Virus record (IMG/VR): IMGVR_UViG_3300043104_000334
Direction: 5' to 3' (one strand)
Length of the DNA: 64,000 nucleotides
Origin: a virus
Taxonomy: Duplodnaviria; Caudoviricetes
The notes beneath the pieces were generated by a model. The model was not told the origin of the DNA. It was given only the letters and a program-made list of their open reading frames with translations, and did not search any database. Both the position numbers and the translations under genes were made by a program. The stretch's first letter is position 1. Each line of letters opens with the position of its first letter. Shown piece after piece: positions 38,709 to 49,918 of this stretch.

Positions 38709-41700
38709 TTAGTGTGTACCAGTTGTTGTCAAATCAGTCGTACTCGTATTGTATGCGTCATATACAACAAGAGGTGCCCATTTTGAGTCAATTTTGGTTA
38801 CTACTGTTCCGGTGGAAGAATATACATCAACTCCATTCTCACCTACTGTAATTGTATTGTTGTTACAATTATCTGGCTTATTGTCATTGCTGTAAAGCGT
38901 AATCTTATTATCTTTTCCACCATTCATCAGTCTCGCATCATATTCCAATTCATAGACACTACCCTGAACTGTAATACCAGCAAATGCAACAATAACCGAA
39001 TTCGGATGATCATTCTTAAGTTTTTGATTAGCTGTTAAGACTTCAGTCTTGGAAGTTGCTGCCCCTGCATATGTAGCAATTGTTGAGCTAGGTAAATTCA
39101 ATGTGAAATACCAACGCTGAGATTGCTTCATGAAATTAAGAGCTGTTACACCATTTCCTGTAGACCCACTCATTGCAGTACCGCCGAGCTGATTTGTACC
39201 AGTCCCTTCGGATGCATCTCCATAAAGATAAGATGAACCAATGTAGTCCAAATCATTACAATCAAGAACGATCTTTGATGCAGTACCGATATAATCATAT
39301 TTCTTATATGCAGCTTTATTTATGCCCCAATAAGATAATACAGTATCAGTATAACTCTCTTCAGTCGATGTTGTATTACGACGAGCCGCTTCAGTAGTAA
39401 GGTCAATAGAAAGACCTGTCTCAGTAAGCTTCTTCACATTAGCAGCACTGGTGTCACTATAATATAAAGTGTATGAACCAGAGCTACCAGCATAGAGGTC
39501 AATCGCATAAAACTTACCCTCACTGTAATCATATAGATAATAATGAGGAGTAATTGTCATAACGGCCGTTCTCGTATCTTCACCACTATTCTCATCCGCA
39601 ACTGATGACGGACCATCATCTCCACCAAATGAACCACCCTCAAGTGTATTGATACCATAATAATTACCAATAGTCTCAATATCAAAATAGGATGCATATC
39701 CAATCTTCAACTGTTCTGTTGAATAGGTAGAGTTACTCTGCAGAGAAGCTGCTGTCAATGGTAATGTACCCCACTCGCCTGCCTTACCTAATCCAGTTAT
39801 ACTACCATACCGATAATTGGTTACAGACAATGTAGCGTGTGATTGTGTCTGGGCCGTATGTCCTCTACTTGATAACATAATATCTGCAGTCGTAGTAAGA
39901 ATCTTTACTGGGTAACTCGAATCGACATTATGAACAACATTAGGAATAGACCATGAAGTTAGTGCTTTCTTAAATAATTCTGAATATCTAAAATCACCAA
40001 CATCTTCAAGAGCAAGATTTCCAATACGCCCAACAACCTCAATTGTAGTTGAACAATAAGTTGTATTATCTGCTACAAGGTTATAATCTCTTGTAATGTT
40101 TCTATTCTGATATTGATCAAAGTCGATATTCGAGCCAGCATTAATAGCTATCGTAGCAAATGTTACTGTTGCCGTAGTTGTTTCTTCAGCTGATGTAACA
40201 ACTTGGAATGAGTAATCAAGACCGTACTTAAATTCCGAATCACTTGACAGTGCATTTTGTAGAGCATCTGTCGCTCCATGGAATACACCTGAAGCTGCGT
40301 TAGTTAAACTACCATCTGAAGCTTTAGAAACAGAACCAGTATTGTTCTCAAGTGTATTACATCTATACTCAGAAAGATTTATCCAAGTATTTGCAGGTAT
40401 GGTGACAGTATCACCATTGACCTTTGTACCAATAACCGGGAATGTAAACATAACATCACGTTCTGCAACCCATCTGCCAGTATTCATATTGTTAGTATAA
40501 CCCTTAGCATTTGAGTTGATTTTTCCGGTATTAGAGTCAGCACCATTATAAGTGCATCCAACACCTAGAGATGCTGTAGCTACGCCGGCAATAGAGTCAC
40601 CATACGCATCATAGAAGTCACCGAAATCAGTTATCCATAAATGGACTGTATTTCCTATGACAACGTAGTTATTTTTGTTTGCTTCAGCAACGCCCTGCGT
40701 ACTTACTCGCATATCCTCGCCAGTCTCATCCTCAGCAGGACCGTTTCCATCATAGTCTCCGTATCCATTTCCAATTAACTGAGAATACTGAGAAGATACT
40801 GGGTCATGAATAAGAACATCGTTAAGAACACCATTATCAGAATCTGGTGAAAGCTTTGCTACATACTCAGTTTTTCTATCAGCCGTAATCTTTGGAGCAC
40901 TTACCTGTTCACTATCAACACACTGCTGACACAATGATTGATTACTGAAATCAAGTGCAAGATTATAATAAACATTCACACCGATAGGTGAAGTGTAAAC
41001 ACCATTTTTCGCAGTCTGAATCATTGAAATGTTACTAATTACTAATGCAGTACAATAATTAATTGTTGAACCATCACTAGTGTTTGTGTAACCTGAAACA
41101 TTTCCTGCTCCATTGTTGCTGACATTGGATCCACTACTTATGAGACTACCATTCAAGTATCTATTTACAGTAAAGCTTCCAATATTCGGATATGCAAATG
41201 TTGTATAATAACCATTGAATGTTTGTGTCTGTGCCGTTCCCTCACTCTTCGACACAAAATTTGTTCGTCCCGGTACTGTACTTGTTATTGGTACTGTTCT
41301 ACTATAACACGTTGCTACTATTATGTTGCTATTCTGTGACCATTTTTCACCATTTGTTACATATCCAGATAAGGTAGCCTTTGATAAAGAATCAATAAAT
41401 GATTCTCCTCTAATGATACCGTCAGATGAATATTTTACAGATGGATTAGAAGATACATGTCCAGTATAACCAACGTATAATGTTTTTGCATCGTTAAGAT
41501 TACCAACGTCATCATACTTATCCCAAAATACATTAGTGTTTAGTGTATTCTGCAATTCTTCTGCAGTACCGTATTTATTTGCATGATTGCGGTAATAAGT
41601 CTGTCCGTTCTCAGTAAATCCAAAATTAAACAGATTTATACCACTGTCGATAGCATAAGACTCAGCAAGAATATTCTGAGAACCAACGTTCGCAACACTA

Positions 41701-44700
41701 ATAGACATTGCATCTGAAATAATGTTAGCAGTATAACCGTTTTCTACACTGTTAGCACATTCCCATGCATTTACAACATGAAGTGCCTCTGTTAACGCTT
41801 GGTCGTCTGTTAAAACGTCACCAATCTTACTCTGGTAGTTTGTGTTACCATGACTGCTGTCCGCGTTCCAATGTGCTGTCTGCTTACCATAACTCTTACT
41901 AATAGACACACTATCAATTGCTCCACTATTCGCAAGAGTTCCTACAGAGTTGTCTGCAACAACAGTCATACTGATAGTACAATTTCCTAACCAATAATGT
42001 TCAGCACCATTGTCTCCAGACACAGTTGTAGATGTCCATCCATCTCCACTCTTGTACTGCGGACTTTTGAATTTCGTAAACCAAACTCTACCATTCGAGC
42101 CATTATAATCACCATTGGCTTTCCACATATCAACAGAGATATTTGTGTTGGAAGATGCTTGGCCTACAGCGCTACTCGATATTAAACTCGTATTTACGCT
42201 AGCTATTTCAGCACGCTCAAGTGTATAAACCTTAGCACTTAACAACTCTCGATAAGCATATACATCAACAGTCTCAACAAGTGAAAATGTAAATGTTTTT
42301 GTAGCCGGGTGAATTATATTCTGCGTGGCATGTGTTACTGTACAACCGTATCCAGCTGTATATCCATCACACGTTAATGTATCAGCTGTATAAGTGTATC
42401 CACTATAGGTTTTTGTACCAATCTTTACTGAACAAGCAGTAAGTAAATATCTTTGCTTATTACTTGTTGATGTTGGAGCTGTAACAGACTTTGAAGCTAC
42501 GCTTCCATCCCCTGACGCAGTCACATCACCAGTTGAACAATTGAATGTCACCGTGTAGTTACATGTATGCCCAGATGCTCCCCATGTTGGGTCTACGCCA
42601 CCACTAGCAGTAATTGTAAGAACTGTACCGCAACCTGCACAAGCACTAGAACTCTTCTGTTCTCCATTACCAGCTGACCACTTAGCAGAAGCAGTAAATC
42701 CAGCCACAGAAGTCGAATATGTTACACCATCCTTCGTGCATGTATGTGTCTGACCTGTTGCCGAAGCCATTACACCACCGCGTGTCGATTGCGTACCTGT
42801 CGCCCCACATGTATCACATGACCATGTATTAGTCAGACCGTTAGCATCTGCCGTGCCACTCTTTTCAGTCACATTCTGCGATTTTGAACCAAGTGTGTGC
42901 CCCGGACAACTAAGCGTACATCTTGCATTACTATCCTTACTACTAGCCCAAATATCAGTGATAGTTACCTTGAACTTTATAGTACGCGTGATAGCAGCAT
43001 TCTTGTTTTGTGCATTCTGAGTATCACTCTTATTGTTCTTGTACAATGCGTCTGACGTTTTTAACTGTTGACCATAGGCATGTATACGCCCGCTAAGGTC
43101 AATAGAACAAACACGACCACCTGCAGCTACTGCAAGGTTTTCAGTACTAGGGATTCCCTCAGATACATTCCAATCAGAAGCTAGGCCATCGTATGTGTTG
43201 CTCTTTGTTCCAGCACAGTTAGCGACTATCTCTGCATAGGCTTCAATATCACTTGTTGTACTGAATGTCCAGTCAATATGGTCAACTACATCCGGTCCAA
43301 CCCAGTCATTATAACTGTGACCAACATTATTGGTGTCATTTTCCAAACACCAGTAAGCATCACTACAATCTTCTATATCTGTTGGTATTACACTCGTTGA
43401 ATTAATTGTCACCGTGAACGAAGCAGGTGCTGACATATGACCAGCCTTTTCAGTCTTACTAGTACTCTGAGCAAGCTCTGATATATCAATATAATACTGT
43501 TGTTTTAACAGCTTTTTCAGTTCCGTTCCAGTAACAGTAAATTTATACGTACTAGTAGCACCCTTACTTGATGATGCACTAAACGACACATACGTACCAA
43601 TTGCTTCACTGTGCTTTGTTACTTCATCATATGTAGAAGAAGTACTAGCTCCTCTTATGTACATTCCCTTTATCAGACCGCTTACTCTCGGAGTCGGGGA
43701 TTTATCACATATACTATATTTTGGTGTTGCTTGTACAACTACTGTATATGACGCACTAGTATTCACGGCTTCTAGAGTATCATTATCAGCACCCAAATAT
43801 AATGCAAATGTTGCATTTTGATACTCTCCTTCAGTCAAGACTGTCTCTTCTTCGTGAACACTACTGAGTACACTGAAAGTATAGGATGTCGGACGGTCAC
43901 CAGTACTAAAGCAGTTATGACTTATTTCATTACCTACATCGAAATACTTGTCATAGTACAATATCTTGTTGCCAGTAATTTTTGCAGCTGAAACTGAGAC
44001 ACGCTTATCCTCAGAATCAGTATGCTTTTTAATACTAACTGAGAACTTTACGGAGCTAGCAAGAACAGTAGCATTCTTATTACCTTTTACCTTCTGAATA
44101 AATGATATTGGGTTCTCCTGATTAATTAATTGTTTAATCGCTACTTCATTTGCAGTAAATTGTAATGTTGCTGTCTCACCATAACTTCCAGATGCACTAA
44201 ACTCAATTCCTGATATCCCATTTGTACTCTTAAACTTGTATGCAGTTATCATACTTTTTGCATACGTTGTGTTTTCAGAATCACATGTTCCTTTGTTATA
44301 CTTGTTTGTATTGATTGATATGGAGATATCGTAACTTCCACTTCCAGTTATATTGTCTTTTGTACTATCTGCTGCATCAAAATACATAGTAAACTTAGTT
44401 GACTGTGCAGTACCAGTATACAACTTTGTTTTCGTAAGATGGTTTGTACTTTTTATGGAATAACTAAAATCACCAGCACTCGTGGCTTTCCAGCAGTTAT
44501 GGTTTGTTTTGCTGGTTGCTGACCAGTAGGGATCTACAGAATCACCGTTTTTATCTGTTGGCGCATCAACAGCTGTTACACTGTCGGTACTCGTCACACT
44601 TACAGTAAACTTAAGGCTGTGTGATAATACAGTACAGTCAGCATCCTTGACTCCAAAACTCAATTTAATACCGTCGCCTTTATCACCAAGGTAACCAGCA

Positions 44701-46076
44701 AGTTCTCCACCAGACATACCTTCATATACAAATGTAAGCTTACCATCAACTGTCTTCTTTTCAAATCCCTTTGGAGCAGTAGAAGTATAAGCCTCCACTT
44801 GAGTGGATGAACTGTCACATAGTAATTTCTTACTTAATGTTGTGGGCTCAACAGTTATTGTCACATTATAGCTGTCATTATAGTACTGGCCCTTTTTCTT
44901 AAAGTCTGCAATACTTGTATCTTTACCAACATCTAAATGTACTGTAAATATAGATTCCTGCGCAGTTTTATCAGTAAAGTCAGCCGCAGTGAGATGGTCT
45001 GTTGATGTTACATAGTATGTTAAATTTGGTTGGTTTATCTCCGCTTCCTCATCACAATTGAATACTCCGAAGTAACCACGTGCATAATAGTTCATACTAT
45101 TATACTTTACATACTGTGTACCGCACCATTGTTTCTGCGAACTGCCACCACTAGCTACTACACCCCAGCCCCGTTCATGACCATGATTATGCTGACCATC
45201 TAACCATGCTCTACAATATACATGTGCGTAAGTATTAACTGTACATTTGTTCTTCACTACATCTTTCATGAAGTCTGAAACACTTGAATAGCCTGTAGTC
45301 CAAGCGCTTCCATTACCAATATTCTTTAATATTTGTGATGGTTGATACACATTGATACCACCATCTGAGTACTTTTCTACAAATCCTACAGTCCATGTTA
45401 TGACTGGTAACTTATAATCTGGATACTTATTAGGGCTCTTGTACCAAGCTTTGAAGTTTGTAGCTACATCATCACCAGCAAGTGCTTTTAACACTGCCAC
45501 ATATGTGGTAATCTTATGTTTCTTAGTAGTACTATCATACGGAAATAAGTAGTCACTTATATCATTCTTACTTCCCCATAATATTTTCTGAATCAGTGTC
45601 TTAACTGTAGTATCAGTCACAGACGCTGTCGTCCAGTTATTACTACTATTAACCGTAAATTGTAACAGGTCAGCATTTGGAAGATAATCACTACTACCCA
45701 CAAGATACCCATATACATCTACTCCACTCGATATATTACCAGAATATACGGTATCACTATCTGATAACTTTTTACCAGTAGCCGCTCTCTGATTTACAAT
45801 AGTCTCTGCATCTGCCTCTAATCCATTCATGTTATCACGGCTGCTACAATACGTTGAAAGGTCAAGAGATGATATATAATCTACTTTTATTATAACTGCC
45901 GGACCGGCTTTTGCAATAGTTCCTGAACCACTCCAAGTGCTTGCATTTGCTGATTTACCATCATGAGAGCTTATTGACCCTCCATCACCGGCGCCATATG
46001 CAATAACACTTCCAGCACCAACTAATGCACATATGAGGAACATCAATGCTAATGATTTTTTAAGAATCTTTTTCAT
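38709..46076 (-). CDS. Giant secreted Tad-associated adhesin-like protein (2455 aa)
   Basis: Sec signal MKKILKKSLALMFLICALVGAG...; S/T/G/N-rich, beta-rich; three ~190-aa internal repeats; Cys-rich middle; last gene of the pilin cluster; ends GTH. Confidence 0.8.
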   Translation of the reverse strand: MKKILKKSLALMFLICALVGAGSVIAYGAGDGGSISSHDGKSANASTWSGSGTIAKAGPAVIIKVDYISSLDLSTYCSSRDNMNGLEADAETIVNQRAATGKKLSDSDTVYSGNISSGVDVYGYLVGSSDYLPNADLLQFTVNSSNNWTTASVTDTTVKTLIQKILWGSKNDISDYLFPYDSTTKKHKITTYVAVLKALAGDDVATNFKAWYKSPNKYPDYKLPVITWTVGFVEKYSDGGINVYQPSQILKNIGNGSAWTTGYSSVSDFMKDVVKNKCTVNTYAHVYCRAWLDGQHNHGHERGWGVVASGGSSQKQWCGTQYVKYNSMNYYARGYFGVFNCDEEAEINQPNLTYYVTSTDHLTAADFTDKTAQESIFTVHLDVGKDTSIADFKKKGQYYNDSYNVTITVEPTTLSKKLLCDSSSTQVEAYTSTAPKGFEKKTVDGKLTFVYEGMSGGELAGYLGDKGDGIKLSFGVKDADCTVLSHSLKFTVSVTSTDSVTAVDAPTDKNGDSVDPYWSATSKTNHNCWKATSAGDFSYSIKSTNHLTKTKLYTGTAQSTKFTMYFDAADSTKDNITGSGSYDISISINTNKYNKGTCDSENTTYAKSMITAYKFKSTNGISGIEFSASGSYGETATLQFTANEVAIKQLINQENPISFIQKVKGNKNATVLASSVKFSVSIKKHTDSEDKRVSVSAAKITGNKILYYDKYFDVGNEISHNCFSTGDRPTSYTFSVLSSVHEEETVLTEGEYQNATFALYLGADNDTLEAVNTSASYTVVVQATPKYSICDKSPTPRVSGLIKGMYIRGASTSSTYDEVTKHSEAIGTYVSFSASSSKGATSTYKFTVTGTELKKLLKQQYYIDISELAQSTSKTEKAGHMSAPASFTVTINSTSVIPTDIEDCSDAYWCLENDTNNVGHSYNDWVGPDVVDHIDWTFSTTSDIEAYAEIVANCAGTKSNTYDGLASDWNVSEGIPSTENLAVAAGGRVCSIDLSGRIHAYGQQLKTSDALYKNNKSDTQNAQNKNAAITRTIKFKVTITDIWASSKDSNARCTLSCPGHTLGSKSQNVTEKSGTADANGLTNTWSCDTCGATGTQSTRGGVMASATGQTHTCTKDGVTYSTSVAGFTASAKWSAGNGEQKSSSACAGCGTVLTITASGGVDPTWGASGHTCNYTVTFNCSTGDVTASGDGSVASKSVTAPTSTSNKQRYLLTACSVKIGTKTYSGYTYTADTLTCDGYTAGYGCTVTHATQNIIHPATKTFTFSLVETVDVYAYRELLSAKVYTLERAEIASVNTSLISSSAVGQASSNTNISVDMWKANGDYNGSNGRVWFTKFKSPQYKSGDGWTSTTVSGDNGAEHYWLGNCTISMTVVADNSVGTLANSGAIDSVSISKSYGKQTAHWNADSSHGNTNYQSKIGDVLTDDQALTEALHVVNAWECANSVENGYTANIISDAMSISVANVGSQNILAESYAIDSGINLFNFGFTENGQTYYRNHANKYGTAEELQNTLNTNVFWDKYDDVGNLNDAKTLYVGYTGHVSSNPSVKYSSDGIIRGESFIDSLSKATLSGYVTNGEKWSQNSNIIVATCYSRTVPITSTVPGRTNFVSKSEGTAQTQTFNGYYTTFAYPNIGSFTVNRYLNGSLISSGSNVSNNGAGNVSGYTNTSDGSTINYCTALVISNISMIQTAKNGVYTSPIGVNVYYNLALDFSNQSLCQQCVDSEQVSAPKITADRKTEYVAKLSPDSDNGVLNDVLIHDPVSSQYSQLIGNGYGDYDGNGPAEDETGEDMRVSTQGVAEANKNNYVVIGNTVHLWITDFGDFYDAYGDSIAGVATASLGVGCTYNGADSNTGKINSNAKGYTNNMNTGRWVAERDVMFTFPVIGTKVNGDTVTIPANTWINLSEYRCNTLENNTGSVSKASDGSLTNAASGVFHGATDALQNALSSDSEFKYGLDYSFQVVTSAEETTTATVTFATIAINAGSNIDFDQYQNRNITRDYNLVADNTTYCSTTIEVVGRIGNLALEDVGDFRYSELFKKALTSWSIPNVVHNVDSSYPVKILTTTADIMLSSRGHTAQTQSHATLSVTNYRYGSITGLGKAGEWGTLPLTAASLQSNSTYSTEQLKIGYASYFDIETIGNYYGINTLEGGSFGGDDGPSSVADENSGEDTRTAVMTITPHYYLYDYSEGKFYAIDLYAGSSGSYTLYYSDTSAANVKKLTETGLSIDLTTEAARRNTTSTEESYTDTVLSYWGINKAAYKKYDYIGTASKIVLDCNDLDYIGSSYLYGDASEGTGTNQLGGTAMSGSTGNGVTALNFMKQSQRWYFTLNLPSSTIATYAGAATSKTEVLTANQKLKNDHPNSVIVAFAGITVQGSVYELEYDARLMNGGKDNKITLYSNDNKPDNCNNNTITVGENGVDVYSSTGTVVTKIDSKWAPLVVYDAYNTSTTDLTTTGTH

Positions 46077-46079
46077 AGT

Positions 46080-47081
46080 TTAAATCCTCCCATTAATTTC
46101 AAAGTCATAGTCATAAGAATAACCATGCATGGCTGCGGTCTCTGGAGAGCTAAGCACCTCAAGGATAGTATAATCCTTTTCAATCTCCGTTCTATTCTCC
46201 GCCCATGTATACTTCTTTACTCCATTGTTATTCTTATAACAAATAACGTATTCAGCCTTATCAATCTTAGCACCACCAATACCGAACGTAACAGTATCAT
46301 ATAGAACTGTTCCATCTGATACAGACATATACGTAAGAACTGATGGAGAAGTAACCGGATTGGAACTTGTGAATTCTGTCATCTCAGACGGTATATAATA
46401 CTGAACGTCTGTATTACCCTCAAGTCCAATGTATAAAGCAGAATTGCAAGCATTCATCAAAGTTTCCGAAATCGTAACTTTTGCATTGTCACTACTACCA
46501 TATCCAGTTCCGCTCTTTAATGGTAAGTCATATTCCACTATAGGTAATCCATCAGAACCGGTGGATGTAAGACTACATTTTCCATAGGTGTCAGCACCAA
46601 GATAGTAAAAGTAGACATATCCGGTTGTATCAGTGACGCTATAAGGAAGCTTAGGAGTCCATTTATAATCGTAGGAGTCCATTGTCACTGAATTAACATC
46701 CTGTAGCACTCTTTGCTTACCATACAGATAGTAGCCATCATATCCAGCTACAATAAAGAACGGCATATAAGATTGCTCCAAATCCTCACGATTCTTCTCT
46801 GAATCTCCCCATCCAAGATTTCTGAGAAGAACAGCCTCGTAAGTATTAAGAGCAATCTCAGGTTCCACTTTCATAAACTCAGTATTGATATAATCTGTAT
46901 CAATATGAGTTCCATCTTCAAGCATATCCTGTGTAGCAGCATCAACCGCATAGTTCACTTGAAGATCAAGCTGTCTCTGTTGAAACTCATAGACTGCCTG
47001 CTGTTGCCAAGAAAAGAAATTAACAAAAGCAATGCAGTCCATAAGTATCGTTAAAGGCAGAGCAATTACCATCCACTTCAT
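46080..47081 (-). CDS. Tad minor pilin/TadG-like protein
   Basis: N-terminal TM followed by QLDLQVNYAVDAAT (TadG-like AxDAA); position in pilin cluster. Confidence 0.6.
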   Translation of the reverse strand: MKWMVIALPLTILMDCIAFVNFFSWQQQAVYEFQQRQLDLQVNYAVDAATQDMLEDGTHIDTDYINTEFMKVEPEIALNTYEAVLLRNLGWGDSEKNREDLEQSYMPFFIVAGYDGYYLYGKQRVLQDVNSVTMDSYDYKWTPKLPYSVTDTTGYVYFYYLGADTYGKCSLTSTGSDGLPIVEYDLPLKSGTGYGSSDNAKVTISETLMNACNSALYIGLEGNTDVQYYIPSEMTEFTSSNPVTSPSVLTYMSVSDGTVLYDTVTFGIGGAKIDKAEYVICYKNNNGVKKYTWAENRTEIEKDYTILEVLSSPETAAMHGYSYDYDFEINGRI

Positions 47082-47082
47082 A

Positions 47083-47544
47083 TTATCTCACCATCCCTGA
47101 TAATCGAATCTCCATGCTATTATAGGACATTCCCATCATAGCATTAGAGAGCTTTTGAAAAATATTGTAGCTGTCCTGCGTGATTACGATTGTACAAATA
47201 TCGCCCGTTCTCCATTCAGTATTCTCGTCAACCTCAGTATAAACCCACTCAGAAACATATTTACCAGATGCATCTGGGTCAGGGTTTACAATCTTCTCTT
47301 CACGATAATACTTATAAGAGAAATCACCATTACAACTCGCAATAGACAAGTTCAAATCTGAAATCGCTTTTTCAGTTATCTGTCCATTATCTATAACCAT
47401 ATCCACGAAGTTTCTTGCTGCTGTCTGGCATGTATTCATATCTGACCGCCATGTAATAACTCCAATGAAGTATGACGGTAGCACAATAAGACTCATGAAT
47501 AAGATGATAATGGCAATAACATTACTTACCACTGATTGTCTCAT
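47083..47544 (-). CDS. Pilin-like protein (TadE-like)
   Basis: N-terminal hydrophobic helix, ARNFVDMV..NGQIT, GD...IV; in the Tad cluster. Confidence 0.6.
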   Translation of the reverse strand: MRQSVVSNVIAIIILFMSLIVLPSYFIGVITWRSDMNTCQTAARNFVDMVIDNGQITEKAISDLNLSIASCNGDFSYKYYREEKIVNPDPDASGKYVSEWVYTEVDENTEWRTGDICTIVITQDSYNIFQKLSNAMMGMSYNSMEIRLSGMVR

Positions 47545-47547
47545 ATC

Positions 47548-48069
47548 TTATTTCCTCTCTTCAAAAATATTTACATACTGACTTGTTATCATCCACTGTT
47601 CATCCTTAGCGTTCCAAACCAAATAGAGATTTGTTCCAGCTAAAGACCAGTTAGATGTTGCACTTAACTGTGCTTTCCACTCATCAGTCTTGTTTTTATA
47701 AACATCATCAGTTAAAACTAACTTGTTGTTACCACTGATACACGAAGAAAACACAGAATTGGTATTATAAGAATAACGAACCAATCTGCCCTCACTAGGG
47801 CAATACTCGTCATTTATAATAGCCAATATCTGTGCTCCACCATAATCAATACTGACAGGTGCCAATGATGTTGGTACAAGCACTTTATGTCCGTCTATAG
47901 TTTGTAAAGTCCAATCAACTGAGTCAGACACTTTGTACACAGTCTTATCAGATAAATAGTCCATCTGAGTCGTGCTACATACATGGACCAGTGTGCATAA
48001 TAAAGGAATGCTTGCAACCATCATTGACACAATAAGAATCAATTCAGCCAATCCCGTTTGCACTTTCAT
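47548..48069 (-). CDS. Pilin-like protein
   Basis: MKVQTG-LAELILIV... hydrophobic N-terminus. Confidence 0.55.
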   Translation of the reverse strand: MKVQTGLAELILIVSMMVASIPLLCTLVHVCSTTQMDYLSDKTVYKVSDSVDWTLQTIDGHKVLVPTSLAPVSIDYGGAQILAIINDEYCPSEGRLVRYSYNTNSVFSSCISGNNKLVLTDDVYKNKTDEWKAQLSATSNWSLAGTNLYLVWNAKDEQWMITSQYVNIFEERK

Positions 48070-48071
48070 AA

Positions 48072-48488
48072 CTACTTTACCTCCGTTAGTATAACAGTCT
48101 TCATCATAGGGTTTAATCTGCCCTGTTCAACCTGAACAGAATACACCTTATTTTTGTTAGTAGTAAGCAGACACATAAGTTTTTGGCATTTTGTATCATT
48201 ATACTTGTATATGTATGTTGAACCAATAAGCACAGCATCAATTTCACCCTCGGCATCACAGATACTGGAATAGAGAACAGCTCCTGGCTTTGCATTCTTA
48301 CTGCTTACTGACACAACACTGGAAGAGCTAGATGCGTCAGCTGCTTCTCCATACGTATTAACATAGTTTGTTAATACATTTGTACATAGTACAAATATAC
48401 CCATAACTATACCAAGTAAGCCTGCCATCATCCACACTGTTATAGCAACACGCATAGTTTCACTTACTTCATCCTGCATTAAGCTCAC
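48072..48488 (-). CDS. Pilin-like protein (paralog of 49081-49776)
   Basis: DEVSETMRVAITV ~ EDVSATMRVGITV. Confidence 0.6.
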   Translation of the reverse strand: MSLMQDEVSETMRVAITVWMMAGLLGIVMGIFVLCTNVLTNYVNTYGEAADASSSSSVVSVSSKNAKPGAVLYSSICDAEGEIDAVLIGSTYIYKYNDTKCQKLMCLLTTNKNKVYSVQVEQGRLNPMMKTVILTEVK

Positions 48489-48499
48489 CTCCCTCGATG

Positions 48500-48970
48500 C
48501 TACATATAGTTGAACTTAATACCAGTGATAATACCACCGGCGTACCCATCTGCACTTACCGTATTATTAAGGTCCTCGACAAGATTTGCTCTAAATTTCT
48601 TTGTAGAACCGAGCACACCGGACAGATACGAATAAGTTACTTGACGCGTACCAGAGCTATCAGTTACATAAAATTTACCAGTACTTTTATCATTGAAATA
48701 TATAGTTGTGTTTATTTGGATAACTACATCCAAATCGTATCTGTAATATACCATTGCACTAAGTACATCTGTACTATACAGATTTGTTGTGCAATCATAC
48801 ATAGAATATTCTCTGTAATAATTTATTCTGTCAGACGTAGCCTGCTGTGTCGCAGAATAAGATGACAGAATTGTTGTACTACGCAGCAATAAAACTACTG
48901 CAGAAAGTATAGCTGCAGATATCATCATATCTACACCCATTGTAATATAATCATAAATTAGGTCAGTCAT
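48500..48970 (-). CDS. Pilin-like protein
   Basis: Hydrophobic N-terminus; EYSMYDCTTNLYSTDV ~ EFATYDNTKVSGTQV of the putative major pilin. Confidence 0.6.
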   Translation of the reverse strand: MTDLIYDYITMGVDMMISAAILSAVVLLLRSTTILSSYSATQQATSDRINYYREYSMYDCTTNLYSTDVLSAMVYYRYDLDVVIQINTTIYFNDKSTGKFYVTDSSGTRQVTYSYLSGVLGSTKKFRANLVEDLNNTVSADGYAGGIITGIKFNYM

Positions 48971-49028
48971 TTTCTTCGCTCTCCTTACAAATTATAGGTT
49001 GATATAAGTTATTAAAATAAGTTATATC

Positions 49029-49048
49029 AGAGGGACCGAAGTCCCTCT
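49029..49048 (-). terminator. Hairpin after the putative major pilin (cUUCGg loop)
   Basis: Minus strand AGAGGGAC-TTCG-GTCCCTCT. Confidence 0.7.
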
Positions 49049-49080
49049 AAGCTGATTTGACTGATCAACGCAGTTACAGA

Positions 49081-49776
49081 CTAGCTAAGCTGTCTGAAGA
49101 AGATACCGATGATAGAACCGGTCGGGTCCTTGATAAGTACAGAGCTGAATCTACCGGAGCTGAGCAGGTAAGCTGCATTACCAAGTTCCGTTGTTCCAAT
49201 AATATCGTATGAAGAATCTACGAGACCATTGGTGTTGTGCAGGTAACTTGTGTAGTTTGCTGAGCCAGCCTCACGATACAGTGATTCTTTGGCTGTAGTC
49301 TGTGTTCCATCAACCCATTTAACCAGATATGCGGTCTTAGCCTGTGACGTAATGAGAACGCCTTCAAGCGCATTGGAACCATTGGTTGCTGTTGCTGAAT
49401 TACCAGATTTTAAAGCAACAAGACTGTTCGTTGTTGATGATGACGCACCATCTTTGGTGAGCAGTGCACCATAGTTTACTGCAAGGTTTGTGGCACCGGT
49501 TGTCTGCTGAAGAGATGTTGTCTGAATTACGATAGCAACATCACGACCCTGGAACAATGACAACGCGGTAGCCACCTGTGTACCTGAAACCTTGGTATTG
49601 TCATAGGTAGCAAACTCCTGAGTTGATACACTATCAATACCGGACTGCAACGTAGTCTGACCGTTGCTTAACAACGAGTTACTCATAACCATAAGGTTAA
49701 GTACTGTTGCAACAAGCGCAGCTACAAGGATAACTGTAATACCAACACGCATTGTTGCGGAAACATCTTCTGACAT
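49081..49776 (-). CDS. Putative major pilin-like protein
   Basis: N-terminal hydrophobic helix; strong AAGGAGG RBS; own intergenic upstream region and downstream hairpin. Confidence 0.6.
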   Translation of the reverse strand: MSEDVSATMRVGITVILVAALVATVLNLMVMSNSLLSNGQTTLQSGIDSVSTQEFATYDNTKVSGTQVATALSLFQGRDVAIVIQTTSLQQTTGATNLAVNYGALLTKDGASSSTTNSLVALKSGNSATATNGSNALEGVLITSQAKTAYLVKWVDGTQTTAKESLYREAGSANYTSYLHNTNGLVDSSYDIIGTTELGNAAYLLSSGRFSSVLIKDPTGSIIGIFFRQLS

Positions 49777-49918
49777 ATTATATGTCCTCCTTAAAAGTAT
49801 TTTGCCTAGCCTACAATTTTGTAGCGGATAACTTTAATACAAGAATACTTAAGGATATCTTTAATACACGTATACGTAATTTATATCAATGCCTATGTGG
49901 GTAAGCAGTGATACCAGT

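Noticed and set aside
49777-49918. c-di-GMP riboswitch ahead of the major pilin
   Set aside because: Only a short palindrome (CTACAA-TT-TTGTAG, 49811-24); no GEMM consensus evident
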